From the NCBI GenBank assembly GCA_963798085.1, contig CAWCRS010000007.1, positions 32,001 through 96,000 on the forward strand: a stretch of DNA of 64,000 bases, written 5' to 3'. Origin of the DNA: an uncultured Gemmatimonadales bacterium. GTDB lineage: Bacteria; Gemmatimonadota; Gemmatimonadetes; Longimicrobiales; RSA9. Below the pieces are notes generated by a model. It had not been told where the DNA came from. It saw only the letters and a list, made by a program, of their open reading frames with translations, and did not search any database. Shown one piece after another: positions 21,766 through 30,770 of the stretch. How positions within the stretch are numbered: position 1 is the stretch's first letter; each line of letters starts with the position of its first letter. The translations under genes were made by a program, and so were the position numbers.

Positions 21766-23913
21766 TTACAGGGCGGACCAGAGGCGGTGGTCCAGCGAGA
21801 GCAGCAGCTGCCACTCGCCGCCCCTGCCCAGCCCGCGCACCAGGTCGAGGCGCAGCAGGTTGTACAGCAGGCCGGCGCCCATGCCCAGACTCGTGCTCAC
21901 ACCCGGTGTGGTGCGGGTGCCCCAGGACAGCGGCACCCGCGTGGCCCGGCCCGCGCGCCCGCTGTCGTCGAGCACACCGGTCCAGCCCGCGGCTCCCAGC
22001 AGCCGCAGGCTGACAAAGGGCGCGACCAGATCACGCGTTGCTTCCACGTTGAGCAGACCGGCCGCATCGCCGGAAAAACTGCGATATGGATAACCGGGCA
22101 GTGTATTGCGCCCGCCGAGCAGGAAGAGCTGCTGCGGCGCGGGCGAGCCGAAGACCGCGCCCGCCGAGAGCGTGGCGCGTACGGAAGTGTGCCGGTCGAA
22201 GGCGCTGTGCAGCGCCTCCAGCTCGACCACCGGGCGGCCGAAACCCGCGCCCGCGAAAGCGCCCGCTTCCAGCGAAGCGCTGCCACCGAGCGACCAGCCG
22301 TCCGTCTCCTGCACGATGCGCTGCACGCCGAGTGTCGCGGAAAGCAGGGTGCCACGGTCGGCGATGCGCACTGGCCGGAACGGATCGCCCCCTAACACAG
22401 GTTTCGCCAGCTCCAGGCGCGCGCTCTCCTGGCGTTCCGCGGTCAGCTGCGCGCTCAGCTGCCAGGTCTCGCCCTGATCGCGTTCCATGCGCACCCGGCC
22501 GCCGCTCGCGAAGAAGGGGTCGAGAAAATCGTCGCCCCAGAGTGACGTGACGGTATTGAGCGCGCCCGGCATGCCGGGCCGCAGACCAATGTCGCGCGGC
22601 GCATGTGCCCAGGCGTCCGCGCGCACGCGCACATGTTCGCCGACTTCGCGACGCACCCCGAGTGCAAGCTCCGGATGCTCCGTGCCGAAGGCGAAGCCGC
22701 CCAGCAGCTCGAGGCGCAGCGCAGGACGAGGCGTAAACGACGTTCCCCAGCCCAGATACACTCCCTCGCCGCGGTTGTAGCGCAGCGCAGCGGATGCATT
22801 GGGCAGATTCAGCCGCAGACTGGGCAGGCCGCTCAGTGCGTGATCGCGCACGAGCTTCTCGGCGCGCGCCCGCAACTCCTGCAGCTCGGGCGGCGGCGCC
22901 AGTCCGGCGTCGTGCAGGTCCTGGTAAATGCCCTCGTCGAACTGGTACGTCCGGCGCTGCGCCTCCGGCACGGTCGTCACGGGATAGCCCCAGAACAGCG
23001 ACTCCGGCAGATCCTCATTGAAGCGGTAGTCCCAGACACGAAAGCGCACCTGGATCACCGAGCTGACCATGAAATCCAGCTCGGGCACCTGACGGCGGAT
23101 CTCCACCGCCTGCTCCCAGGGCAGCCAGTACTGCCCCTGCCACAGGCTGTTGTCCAGCGAAATGTTGATGGCGTCCAGACGACGATCCACGTAGGACGCC
23201 GGCGTGAACGTAAACGTCATGCGTACGATGTCGCCGCTCTCCCGGTCGACATAGAGCGAGCCCACGAACGCCGAGCGGTCCGTCCGTCGGGGTCGCACAT
23301 CGATCTGGTACGTCCTGATCTGCTTCAGCGCGCCTGGTAAACGCAGAGTTAGGGAATCCGCGAGGCGGAAGTCATAGATCGAGTCGGAGCCGGGCGCGGC
23401 CGGGTGCGGCACATCACGAACCTCGTCACCATCACCCATGCGCATCACATCGCCGAACCCATTCTGCACCACCGTCAGGTGATCGAGGTGGTAGTACATG
23501 CGGTTGGGCAGGCTGCTCTCCTTGCGCAGCCCCACGATGCGCTGCTTCAGGCGGTCGGGTTGCGCCCAGTACACCTGCAGCCCCACCTGATCCGTACGCA
23601 CCAGCACCCGATCACTGCCATCGCGCGGATCCAGATAGAAATACACCACGCCTTCCGCACGCGCCTGATAATTGTGAAGCGAAGAATCCGCGAGCGGCCG
23701 GTGCCGACGCTCGCGCGCCAGCTCCATGAGCGAGAGCACGCGCGCGCTGTTCCAGCTGAAGGAGTCCGTCGCCTGCGGCGTGGCAATCAGGGAACGCGCA
23801 CCCACCAGCAGCAGCGCCGCGCATTGCGCGAGGATCGCCAGCGGTCGCCACAGCACATGGCGCGGGCGGGCGTAACGGGAGTCAACCGCGGCTCGCCGGC
23901 GGGTCGGCGCCAT
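21766..23913 (-). CDS. Putative outer-membrane beta-barrel protein with N-terminal periplasmic domain
   Basis: Signal-like N-terminus; alternating amphipathic strands in C-terminal half; LGGRNTLPGY Omp85-like loop motif. Confidence 0.6.
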   Translation of the reverse strand: MAPTRRRAAVDSRYARPRHVLWRPLAILAQCAALLLVGARSLIATPQATDSFSWNSARVLSLMELARERRHRPLADSSLHNYQARAEGVVYFYLDPRDGSDRVLVRTDQVGLQVYWAQPDRLKQRIVGLRKESSLPNRMYYHLDHLTVVQNGFGDVMRMGDGDEVRDVPHPAAPGSDSIYDFRLADSLTLRLPGALKQIRTYQIDVRPRRTDRSAFVGSLYVDRESGDIVRMTFTFTPASYVDRRLDAINISLDNSLWQGQYWLPWEQAVEIRRQVPELDFMVSSVIQVRFRVWDYRFNEDLPESLFWGYPVTTVPEAQRRTYQFDEGIYQDLHDAGLAPPPELQELRARAEKLVRDHALSGLPSLRLNLPNASAALRYNRGEGVYLGWGTSFTPRPALRLELLGGFAFGTEHPELALGVRREVGEHVRVRADAWAHAPRDIGLRPGMPGALNTVTSLWGDDFLDPFFASGGRVRMERDQGETWQLSAQLTAERQESARLELAKPVLGGDPFRPVRIADRGTLLSATLGVQRIVQETDGWSLGGSASLEAGAFAGAGFGRPVVELEALHSAFDRHTSVRATLSAGAVFGSPAPQQLFLLGGRNTLPGYPYRSFSGDAAGLLNVEATRDLVAPFVSLRLLGAAGWTGVLDDSGRAGRATRVPLSWGTRTTPGVSTSLGMGAGLLYNLLRLDLVRGLGRGGEWQLLLSLDHRLWSAL

Positions 23914-24030
23914 CTCGTCCCTTTCGCGGAACAGCGCTGCACGTGCATGCCGTCACTCCGGGTGGACGGCGCGTCGTTAGTTACCGGCGAGGGTGCGCAA
24001 CGTTCCGGCTGCAAATGCGTGCGCGCACGT

Positions 24031-24684
24031 TCAACCACTGGTGCGCTGCATGGCGCGCTCGAGTGCACGCAGCTCGCGCCGCAGCATCGCGGCTTCCTGC
24101 GCCAGCGCCCTGCGCGCATCCGCATCATCATGCGTATCGTCATTGCGCACGAAAGCCAAGCGCTCTGCCAGCTGCTGCGCGGCCGTGCGATTGTGGTTCA
24201 GCGCATCCGCCTGTCCGGGTGAAGCCGCGGAATCGACGACGCTCCGCTGCAGCTGCGTGAGGCGCTGATTCAGGCCCGCCAGCCAGGCATCCATGAGCGT
24301 GTCAACGGCGGCGTTCGACTGCTTCGTGGCAATCTCCGCCAGGTCGACGCGATACTCGAGGTCGGCCACGTTCGCACGCAGTCCGGCAGCAGCTCCACGC
24401 CATTGATCATCCGGGTCCGCCGTCAGCGAATCGATGCGTGCCAGAATCTGCGCGCTGCGATCCTGCAGGCGCGCCAGTTCGATCGTGCTCTGCTGTTGCG
24501 TGGCGCGTCCCTGCAGCGCAGCCAGGCGTCCGTTCACGCTCGCCAGCGCCGCGCGCAGCTGCGTGGCTGTTGCCGCGAGATCCTCCGCATCGACTTCCGT
24601 CCGCTTGATGGTGCGCGAGCCCGTAATCGCCAGGACCGCGAGCGCACTCGTGCCCAGCCCGAAGGCCCATCGTCGACCTGTCAT
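24031..24684 (-). CDS. Hypothetical membrane-anchored coiled-coil protein
   Basis: GGAGG RBS, ATG 24684, hydrophobic N-terminus followed by Ala/Leu/Gln heptad-rich sequence. Confidence 0.65.
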   Translation of the reverse strand: MTGRRWAFGLGTSALAVLAITGSRTIKRTEVDAEDLAATATQLRAALASVNGRLAALQGRATQQQSTIELARLQDRSAQILARIDSLTADPDDQWRGAAAGLRANVADLEYRVDLAEIATKQSNAAVDTLMDAWLAGLNQRLTQLQRSVVDSAASPGQADALNHNRTAAQQLAERLAFVRNDDTHDDADARRALAQEAAMLRRELRALERAMQRTSG

Positions 24685-24789
24685 GAACGAAACCTCCGCT
24701 GCGCGACAATGAGGCGAGTCCGGTCCGTGCACCCCGTCGTGGACCCGAGTCTCGCCAGCCCCCGGGGAAAAGGGGCACTTCCAGGATTG

Positions 24790-24804
24790 GCAAGACGTGT
24801 GCCC
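24790..24804 (-). promoter_or_regulatory. sigma54 (-24/-12) promoter, leftward
   Basis: Minus strand GGGCAC-ACGTC-TTGC, about 105 bp upstream of the 24684 start. Confidence 0.6.
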
Positions 24805-24848
24805 TGTGTGATCCGCGCGCCAACTCCATGCAACATCACAACATGGAC

Positions 24849-24864
24849 TGGCACCATGGTTGCT
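24849..24864 (+). promoter_or_regulatory. sigma54 (-24/-12) promoter, rightward
   Basis: TGGCAC-CATGG-TTGCT, exact match to TGGCAC-N5-TTGCW. Confidence 0.7.
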
Positions 24865-24911
24865 GTGGAGGAACCGGATGCGCGGCCAGTCGGGCTACCG
24901 GGGGCGTATTG

Positions 24912-25061
24912 TTGTCGGACCAGCATGGCATTCTTTCCTTACGGCACACCGTCCCATGCACGCGTCCCCAGCCACAATGAGGGAGGTCGTTCCGACAGCG
25001 ATCCGGGTCGCGCGCATGGCTGAACCGGCCGGAAGGAACGAACGCCAAGACGGTCCGATGA
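24912..25061. repeat. ~150-bp element with terminal inverted repeats (copy 1; MITE-like or structured RNA)
   Basis: Left arm TCGGACCAGCATGGCATTCTTTCCTTACGGC vs right arm GCCGGAAGGAACGAACGCCAAGACGGTCCGA (25/31 complementary); colinear with 41882-42030. Confidence 0.75.
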
Positions 25062-25128
25062 AGGGGAGAAGGCGAACGCCAGGACGGTCCGATGAAGGGG
25101 GGAAGGCGAGCGCCTGGACATCCGATGA
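25040..25128 (+). repeat. 34-bp tandem repeat (2 full + 1 partial copies)
   Basis: GAACGCCAAGACGGTCCGATGAAGGGGAGAAGGC / GAACGCCAGGACGGTCCGATGAAGGGGGGAAGGC / GAGCGCCTGGACATCCGATGA. Confidence 0.85.
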
Positions 25129-25149
25129 GTGGCGCAGGGGCTACGATGA

Positions 25150-25188
25150 GAAGAGGGGCGGACCCTGGCGGGACCGCCCCTCTCTTCC
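25150..25188. terminator. Hairpin downstream of the sigma gene (possibly bidirectional terminator)
   Basis: AGAGGGGCGG ... CCGCCCCTCT stem with pyrimidine tails on both strands. Confidence 0.55.
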
Positions 25189-25208
25189 TGCTGCGTCCTA
25201 ACAGATTG

Positions 25209-26081
25209 TCAGTTGGCGCTCCAGAATGTCTCCAGCGCCTCACCGTCGGGACTCTCGCGCAGTTTTTCGAACGCCCGGTTGCGGATCTGACGGATGCGTT
25301 CGCGGGTCACGCCCAGCAGCGAGCCGATTTCCTCGAGCGTGCGTTCCTCGCCGTCATCCAGACCGTAGTAGAGATAGAGGATCTTGCGCTCGCGCTCGGT
25401 GAGGTACTTCTCGAACATGCGATCCAGGAACTCGCGCTGCGCCTGCGATTCGACCGTTTCCTCGATGTCTTCCGCTTCGGCGCCGGCGAAACGCTCGCCG
25501 AACGATGCGCTGTCCCGGTCGCCGCGGTCGATGGGAGCATCGAGCGACAGCTCGGACGCGGCGACGCGACGCAGCGCGCGCACCGTCTCGACCGGCTCTC
25601 CCATCTCGTTGGCGATTTCCTGATCCGTTGGCGTGCGCCCCAGGATCTGCGTCAGCGCGGTCTCGGTGCGCGAGAGTTTGACCAGATTCGAGTTCTGGTT
25701 CAGAGGGATGCGCACGGAACGCGTCTGCTCGGCGAGCGCCTGGAGCACCGTCTGCCGGATCCACCACACTGCGTACGAAATGAACTTGACGCCCTTGTCC
25801 GGATCGAACTTCTTGACCGCCTTGAGCAGGCCTTCGTTGCCGATGCAGACCAGCTCGGCCAGACCGAGGCCACGCCCCTGGTACTTCTTCACATACGAAA
25901 TGACGAACCGGAGATTGGCGGTCACCAACCGTTCCGCCGCCTCCTTGTCGCCAGTGCGAGCTCGGCGGGCGAGCTCGCGCTCCTCCTCAGCTTCCTCGAT
26001 GAGCGGATACTTCTCCACGTCGAAGAGGTACTGATCGAAGGAGTCCAGAGCGCGGGAATTCACGAACATGGGTGAATCCAC
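25209..26081 (-). CDS. RpoD/SigA-family sigma70 factor lacking region 1.1
   Basis: LVTANLRFV, KFDPDKGVKFISYAVWWIRQ (region 2), TLEEIGSLLGVTRERIRQI (region 4); start may be ATG 26069. Confidence 0.93.
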   Translation of the reverse strand: MDSPMFVNSRALDSFDQYLFDVEKYPLIEEAEEERELARRARTGDKEAAERLVTANLRFVISYVKKYQGRGLGLAELVCIGNEGLLKAVKKFDPDKGVKFISYAVWWIRQTVLQALAEQTRSVRIPLNQNSNLVKLSRTETALTQILGRTPTDQEIANEMGEPVETVRALRRVAASELSLDAPIDRGDRDSASFGERFAGAEAEDIEETVESQAQREFLDRMFEKYLTERERKILYLYYGLDDGEERTLEEIGSLLGVTRERIRQIRNRAFEKLRESPDGEALETFWSAN

Positions 26082-26486
26082 CGTGGGCGTTGGGGTGAAA
26101 AATGAAAACAGCGGCAGTCGGCATGCATCCGACCCCCGCTGTTCCTCAGGGTGCCCGGTGACCCTGCGCCGGAGCGCAAGTTTTCACCTGACCGGTCCCC
26201 GAATCGAGTCTGATCATAAGCGCGCTGAATATAAGTGAAGCGTGAACGCGATGTAACCCCCTTGTTGCGGTGGTGCCCTGTTAGCAGACGCGTTGTACGT
26301 TACTGCATCAGGAGTTAGCCGGCTTTCCGTATGTGTACAGTTACGTGTTCCAAGGCATCCGGGCTGAGGGCTCGCGCCGGGGCCGTGCCCGGCCTGGTCG
26401 CGACGCAGAGCAGTCGGGGGAAGCGGAGACAGCCGAGATCGCGGGACGCGTTTCCGGGCGGCACAGGGGTGGTGGCCGGGCGGGGG

Positions 26487-26864
26487 CTAGCCGGATTCAG
26501 CCGATGAGGCGTCGCCCCTCCTGACTTCATCGATCATCGCGACGGCGCGGCGGAGGTGGGGGATCACGATGGAGCCGCCGACGATGAGGCCGACGGACAT
26601 GGCTTCGAGTAGCTGTGCATCCGTGAAGCCTTCCTCGGCGCAGCGGATGATGTGGTAGGTGATGCAGTCGTCGCAGCGCAGGACGAGGGAGGCGACCAGG
26701 CCGAGCAGCTCCTTGGTGGGCGTGTCGAGGGCGCCTGGCTCGTAGACGCGGCCATCGAGCGCGAAGAAGCGGCGGATGTCGAGGTTGTCGGCGGCCAGGA
26801 TGCGCTCGTTCATGCGCTCGCGGAAGCGACGGAACTCCTCGAGGTGGTTGGATTCGGCGCTCAT
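26487..26864 (-). CDS. Carboxymuconolactone decarboxylase / AhpD-like protein
   Basis: GALDTPTKELLGLVASLVLRCDDCITYH CxxC motif; ATGA overlap with upstream gene. Confidence 0.9.
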   Translation of the reverse strand: MSAESNHLEEFRRFRERMNERILAADNLDIRRFFALDGRVYEPGALDTPTKELLGLVASLVLRCDDCITYHIIRCAEEGFTDAQLLEAMSVGLIVGGSIVIPHLRRAVAMIDEVRRGDASSAESG

Positions 26865-27817
26865 TCGATCACCAGTTGCAGCGCGCCCAGCGCGATCTCG
26901 GCGGACGGGCCGTCCTTGAGCAGATGGAGCGTGGCGCTGACGTCGCCGGTCTGCATTTCGATCACGTCCGCCAGCAGTCCATGATGTATGGTTGCGTCTT
27001 CCGGCCGGCTCAGGCGATGACGGTGCGGTCGAAGGGGCGAGCGGAACAGGAAGCACGCGCTGCCGCGATCGACGACCAGCCAGCCATTGCGATAAAGCCC
27101 GGTCGCGCGGGACGTCAGCGCGGCGCGCGCGGCGCGGGGCAGTGGCAGGCCTTCCTCAGGCGCCCGGAGCAGCTGGCGGAGGGCAGCGGGCAGCTCCTGC
27201 GGCTCGCGCCACCCGCGACCGTCGAAGAAGCCGCGCAGCCGGGAGACGATGGCGCGGGCGGCGAACGCGGTGGCACGCCAGAGGCCGGGACCAACCCACG
27301 CGAGCAGGCCCAGTGAAACGATCACGACGACGAGCGCCACGGCCGGCAGGGCGAGGGCGAGAATTGCGAGTGTCACCGCCGCCAGGTCTTCGGCGGCGCT
27401 GAAGAGAAGGCGTAATGGGCGGCTGGTGGTGAGGATCAACCTGAGGCCGACCTTGGCGGAGTGCGAAGCCAGCGCCGCGACGGCTGCCACCAGTGCGCCC
27501 AGCACCTGCACCGGCCAGGGCAGGCTCTCCAGCGCGAAGAACGCAAGTGACATGGCGGCCACGGGCCGGATCAGTGTGTGCACCGCCTCCCACGTGGTGT
27601 CGATGTAGGGAATCGCCGAGGCCACGACCTCGGCGAGCATGAGCGCCGCAGCGCCACCGATCAGAATCCACTGCTCGAGACCGACAAGGCTGGGCGGAAG
27701 CTGGATCCAGTCGAAGCGGGATGCGATGCCGAGGAGTGCGATCGTTGCGTACAGATTGAGGCCGCAGGCCAGGGATGCGCCGAGCAGTCTGCCTGTGCCA
27801 ATCAGGAATGCGGGCAT
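26861..27817 (-). CDS. DUF4126-like membrane protein with soluble C-terminal extension
   Basis: LACGLNLYAT, IPYIDTTWEAVHTLIRP and FSAAED motifs; multiple TM segments. Confidence 0.8.
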   Translation of the reverse strand: MPAFLIGTGRLLGASLACGLNLYATIALLGIASRFDWIQLPPSLVGLEQWILIGGAAALMLAEVVASAIPYIDTTWEAVHTLIRPVAAMSLAFFALESLPWPVQVLGALVAAVAALASHSAKVGLRLILTTSRPLRLLFSAAEDLAAVTLAILALALPAVALVVVIVSLGLLAWVGPGLWRATAFAARAIVSRLRGFFDGRGWREPQELPAALRQLLRAPEEGLPLPRAARAALTSRATGLYRNGWLVVDRGSACFLFRSPLRPHRHRLSRPEDATIHHGLLADVIEMQTGDVSATLHLLKDGPSAEIALGALQLVIE

Positions 27818-27870
27818 CGCGCCGCGAAGAATGAATGTGAGGTGAGACGCACGACCGGATCAGCCGCGCC

Positions 27871-27898
27871 GGGACCGGACCCTGCCGGGTCCGGTCCC
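27871..27898 (-). terminator. Perfect 12-bp hairpin after the 27918 stop
   Basis: GGGACCGGACCC-tgcc-GGGTCCGGTCCC; no clear U-tract. Confidence 0.6.
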
Positions 27899-27917
27899 AC
27901 TGGCCTGTTGCGCTGCG

Positions 27918-29315
27918 CTACTGCTCACCCTTCCGCACCTGCTCCTGCCGCTGCAGCGGCTGCACGCGCGCGCCCACCGGGTCGATGGGCACATAGATGA
28001 CTCGCACATCGTCGAACTTCTGCCGCAGCGCGTTGTTGCGTGCGAGGGCGGCGGCGAGGTCACCGTTCTGGCGGCCCAACGCGGCCTGCAGGTCGGACAG
28101 GAACGCGGCGACATCCGCAGGGCTCACGTACACAGGATAACCGTTGACTGTGCCGACGTACGCAAGGGCATCGCAGGCCATGTTCTGCGGCCGGCCATAC
28201 GTGATGAACTCTTCGCGAAACCGGCCCATCTGCATTACGAAGGGTGTGCCGCGCAGGTAGAAGTCGGCATCCACCGCCGTCCGCACGCCACCCACTGTCG
28301 AGCGCAGCGGCACCACGGATCCGCCGCTGGTCACGACCGTGTCGCCGTTCGCATGGCGGAACTGCGCCGAGACCCTGCGCACGCCGCCGCTGGCCGACGG
28401 ATCCAGCACGCACACGGAAATATCATCCACGCGCGGCGGGGGCGGCGGCTGTTGCTGCTGCTGTTGCTGCACCGGCGGAGGCGGAGGGGGTTGCTGCTGT
28501 TGTTGCTGTTGCTGCTGCGCGGGAGGCGGCGGCGCGACCACCACGGCTGGCGCCGCCTGATGGTGCGGTAGCATCACGGCGAGGTGAACGCCTACCTGTC
28601 CGCTCAGCTCGTGAACGATGCTGGCGACGTTCTTCGTGCCATCAGGCACGTCCCAGATGTTGCCGCCGATGAAGCGCGACACCGACTGCACCTGAGGCTT
28701 GAAGATACGGTCATCGACTTCCAGCCGGACCAGCCAGTGCGGCGAGAGGCGGTGATCGACGCCGAATCCGAGCAGGCCCATGGGCACGTTCCATTCAGCG
28801 AGAGCGGCGGTGGCGCCCGCGCCAGGCGCGCGATTGAACGGGAGGCAGGACCAGACCTGGACCCGCGGGCGGTCGGCGCACACGAAGTTGTTGCCCGCCG
28901 GGTTCACCCACTTGTTGCCGAAGCCGAAGGCGAGATAGGGCAGCGTTTCCCGGCCCTGCCAGGTCGCGTTCGGTGTCTTCAGCCGGATCAGCAGATCGCC
29001 GGATCCACTCCACAGATTGACGTCCGGATACAACTCCGCCGGGGCTTTGAGCGGGACATTGGAATAGTTCAGGTTGGCTCGCAGTCCGATCCGCGAAAAG
29101 GGCCAGAGCGTGAACTGGGAGCCGATGAGGAATCCCGCTCCCAGTCTCGCGGACGCCGGCGTGTTGCCCTTGTCCCTGCCGGCCAGCGGCGTGTGCAGGG
29201 AAGCCCCGGCGTTCACGCCGAGATCGAAGATGTAGCCCTGCGCACGAGCGGTGGTCGCATGCAGAGTGATGCCGAGCGCGCTGGCGATGACCACGCGCGT
29301 GAACTTCCTCATCAT
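27918..29315 (-). CDS. OmpA-like beta-barrel + Pro/Gln linker + unknown C-terminal domain
   Basis: Signal peptide ending ARA-Q; amphipathic strands (IGLRANLNYS, LPYLAFGFG, VRLEVDDRI); PPPPAQ9PPPPPPVQ7PPPPP linker; GGAGG RBS. Confidence 0.75.
   Translation of the reverse strand: MMRKFTRVVIASALGITLHATTARAQGYIFDLGVNAGASLHTPLAGRDKGNTPASARLGAGFLIGSQFTLWPFSRIGLRANLNYSNVPLKAPAELYPDVNLWSGSGDLLIRLKTPNATWQGRETLPYLAFGFGNKWVNPAGNNFVCADRPRVQVWSCLPFNRAPGAGATAALAEWNVPMGLLGFGVDHRLSPHWLVRLEVDDRIFKPQVQSVSRFIGGNIWDVPDGTKNVASIVHELSGQVGVHLAVMLPHHQAAPAVVVAPPPPAQQQQQQQQQPPPPPPVQQQQQQQPPPPPRVDDISVCVLDPSASGGVRRVSAQFRHANGDTVVTSGGSVVPLRSTVGGVRTAVDADFYLRGTPFVMQMGRFREEFITYGRPQNMACDALAYVGTVNGYPVYVSPADVAAFLSDLQAALGRQNGDLAAALARNNALRQKFDDVRVIYVPIDPVGARVQPLQRQEQVRKGEQ
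28435..28535 (-). repeat. Coding polyQ/polyP low-complexity tract
   Basis: CAG/CAA and CCN codon runs on the minus strand. Confidence 0.9.
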
Positions 29316-29456
29316 GCCTCCAGACGGACAGCCAGCGTCGGACACGCACGTACGGGTTGCCGAGCGATCCGCACTGCCAGGATGGGCGCGGGCCCCGAAG
29401 CACAACCACCCCGGGTTGCGCACCCGCGTTTGCGCAACGATGAAAAAACTGTGCCC

Positions 29457-30770
29457 TCAGGCGGATCGGATCAATACCAGCGAGGCGTTGATGCCGCCGA
29501 AGCCGAAGGAATTCGTGAGACAGACGGATGGCGACGTGAGTCGGCCGGAACCAGCGACATAATCGAGATCGCAGGCCTCGTCACCGCTCTCGAAGTTGAG
29601 TGTGGGCGGGATCCAGCCGCGGGTCATGGCCAGACAGCAGACGGCAGTCTCGATGGCGCCCGAGGCGCCCAGTGCGTGGGCGTGATAGGGCTTGGTGCCG
29701 CTGATGGGGATCTGGTAGGCGCGCTCACCCAGGACATCCTTGATGGCGCGACTCTCGGTTGCGTCGTTCAGTGGCGTCGACGAGCCGTGCGGGCTGATGA
29801 AGTCGACACGCTCGGCGGCAATGCCGGCACTGCGCAGGGCCAGCGTCATGGCACGCGCCGCCTGCCGCGCGTCGGGTCGCGGGGCGGTCATGTGGTACGC
29901 GTCGTTGCTGGTGCCGTATCCCGCGAGTTCCCCGTAGATGCGCGCTCCGCGCGCCACGGCCATGTCATAGCGCTCGAGCACCAGGCAGCACGCGCCCTCG
30001 CCCATGATGAAGCCGTCGCGCTGCATGTCGAAGGGACGGCAGGCGCGTTCCGGGTCGGTGTTGCGCGTGCTCATGGCGCGGATGATGGCGAAGGCGCCAA
30101 AGCAGAGCGGTGCGAGCGGCGCCTCTATGCCCCCGGCGATGGCCGCATCGACCTGGCCCTCGCGGATCAGCCGCCACGCTTCACCGACCGCGATCGTGCC
30201 GGATGCGCACGACATGGCGTTGGTCGAGTTGGGCCCCGAGAAGCCGAACTCGATGGCGACCGAGCAGCTGGCGGCGCCACCGAACGTGGTCAGTGCGACG
30301 CGTGGATCCACCGCCCGCAACCCGCCCGCGTTGAGGTTGCCGATCTGCTCTTCGGCGTAGGCAATGCCCCCCAGCGCTGTCCCCATCTGGACCGCGACGC
30401 GATCCCCGTCGAGCGTCGTCGGCTCCAATCCGGAATCCTGCAGCGCGAGCCTGGCCGAGGCGATGGCAAACTGGCCGAAGCGGTCGAGCCGGCGAATGGC
30501 CCTGGCCTCCATGAAGGCGGCGGGTTCGAAGTCATCGACCTGCGCCGCGATGCGGGAGCGCCACGGCGAAGCGTCGAAGCGCGTGATGCCACGCACGGGC
30601 GAACGCTCGCGTTTCAGGCCTTCCCAGAAACCCTCCACACCCATGCCCACCGCGGTGATCGGTCCGAGGCCCGTGATCGCCACACGGTGCGGGCCATGCC
30701 CGTTGCCGGCGGCGTCCACTTCCGCGGAGGGCGCGTGATCTCGTCCGTTCCCCATCCCGACCTTCGTCAT
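29457..30770 (-). CDS. fabF: Beta-ketoacyl synthase II (FabF-like ketosynthase)
   Basis: VAITGLG, AMSCASG (Cys), CRPFD..RDGFIMGEG, HGSSTPLND (His), KPYHAHALGASG (His), NSFGFGG. Confidence 0.92.
   Translation of the reverse strand: MTKVGMGNGRDHAPSAEVDAAGNGHGPHRVAITGLGPITAVGMGVEGFWEGLKRERSPVRGITRFDASPWRSRIAAQVDDFEPAAFMEARAIRRLDRFGQFAIASARLALQDSGLEPTTLDGDRVAVQMGTALGGIAYAEEQIGNLNAGGLRAVDPRVALTTFGGAASCSVAIEFGFSGPNSTNAMSCASGTIAVGEAWRLIREGQVDAAIAGGIEAPLAPLCFGAFAIIRAMSTRNTDPERACRPFDMQRDGFIMGEGACCLVLERYDMAVARGARIYGELAGYGTSNDAYHMTAPRPDARQAARAMTLALRSAGIAAERVDFISPHGSSTPLNDATESRAIKDVLGERAYQIPISGTKPYHAHALGASGAIETAVCCLAMTRGWIPPTLNFESGDEACDLDYVAGSGRLTSPSVCLTNSFGFGGINASLVLIRSA

Noticed and set aside
25040..25128. 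34-bp repeats as a CRISPR array
   Set aside because: Units are contiguous with no unique spacers, there are fewer than 3 full copies, and no cas genes are present
24860..25201. 113-aa + strand ORF behind the sigma54 promoter
   Set aside because: It runs through the repeat element, has no recognisable domain, and its GGAGG would lie upstream of the expected transcription start; not fully excluded
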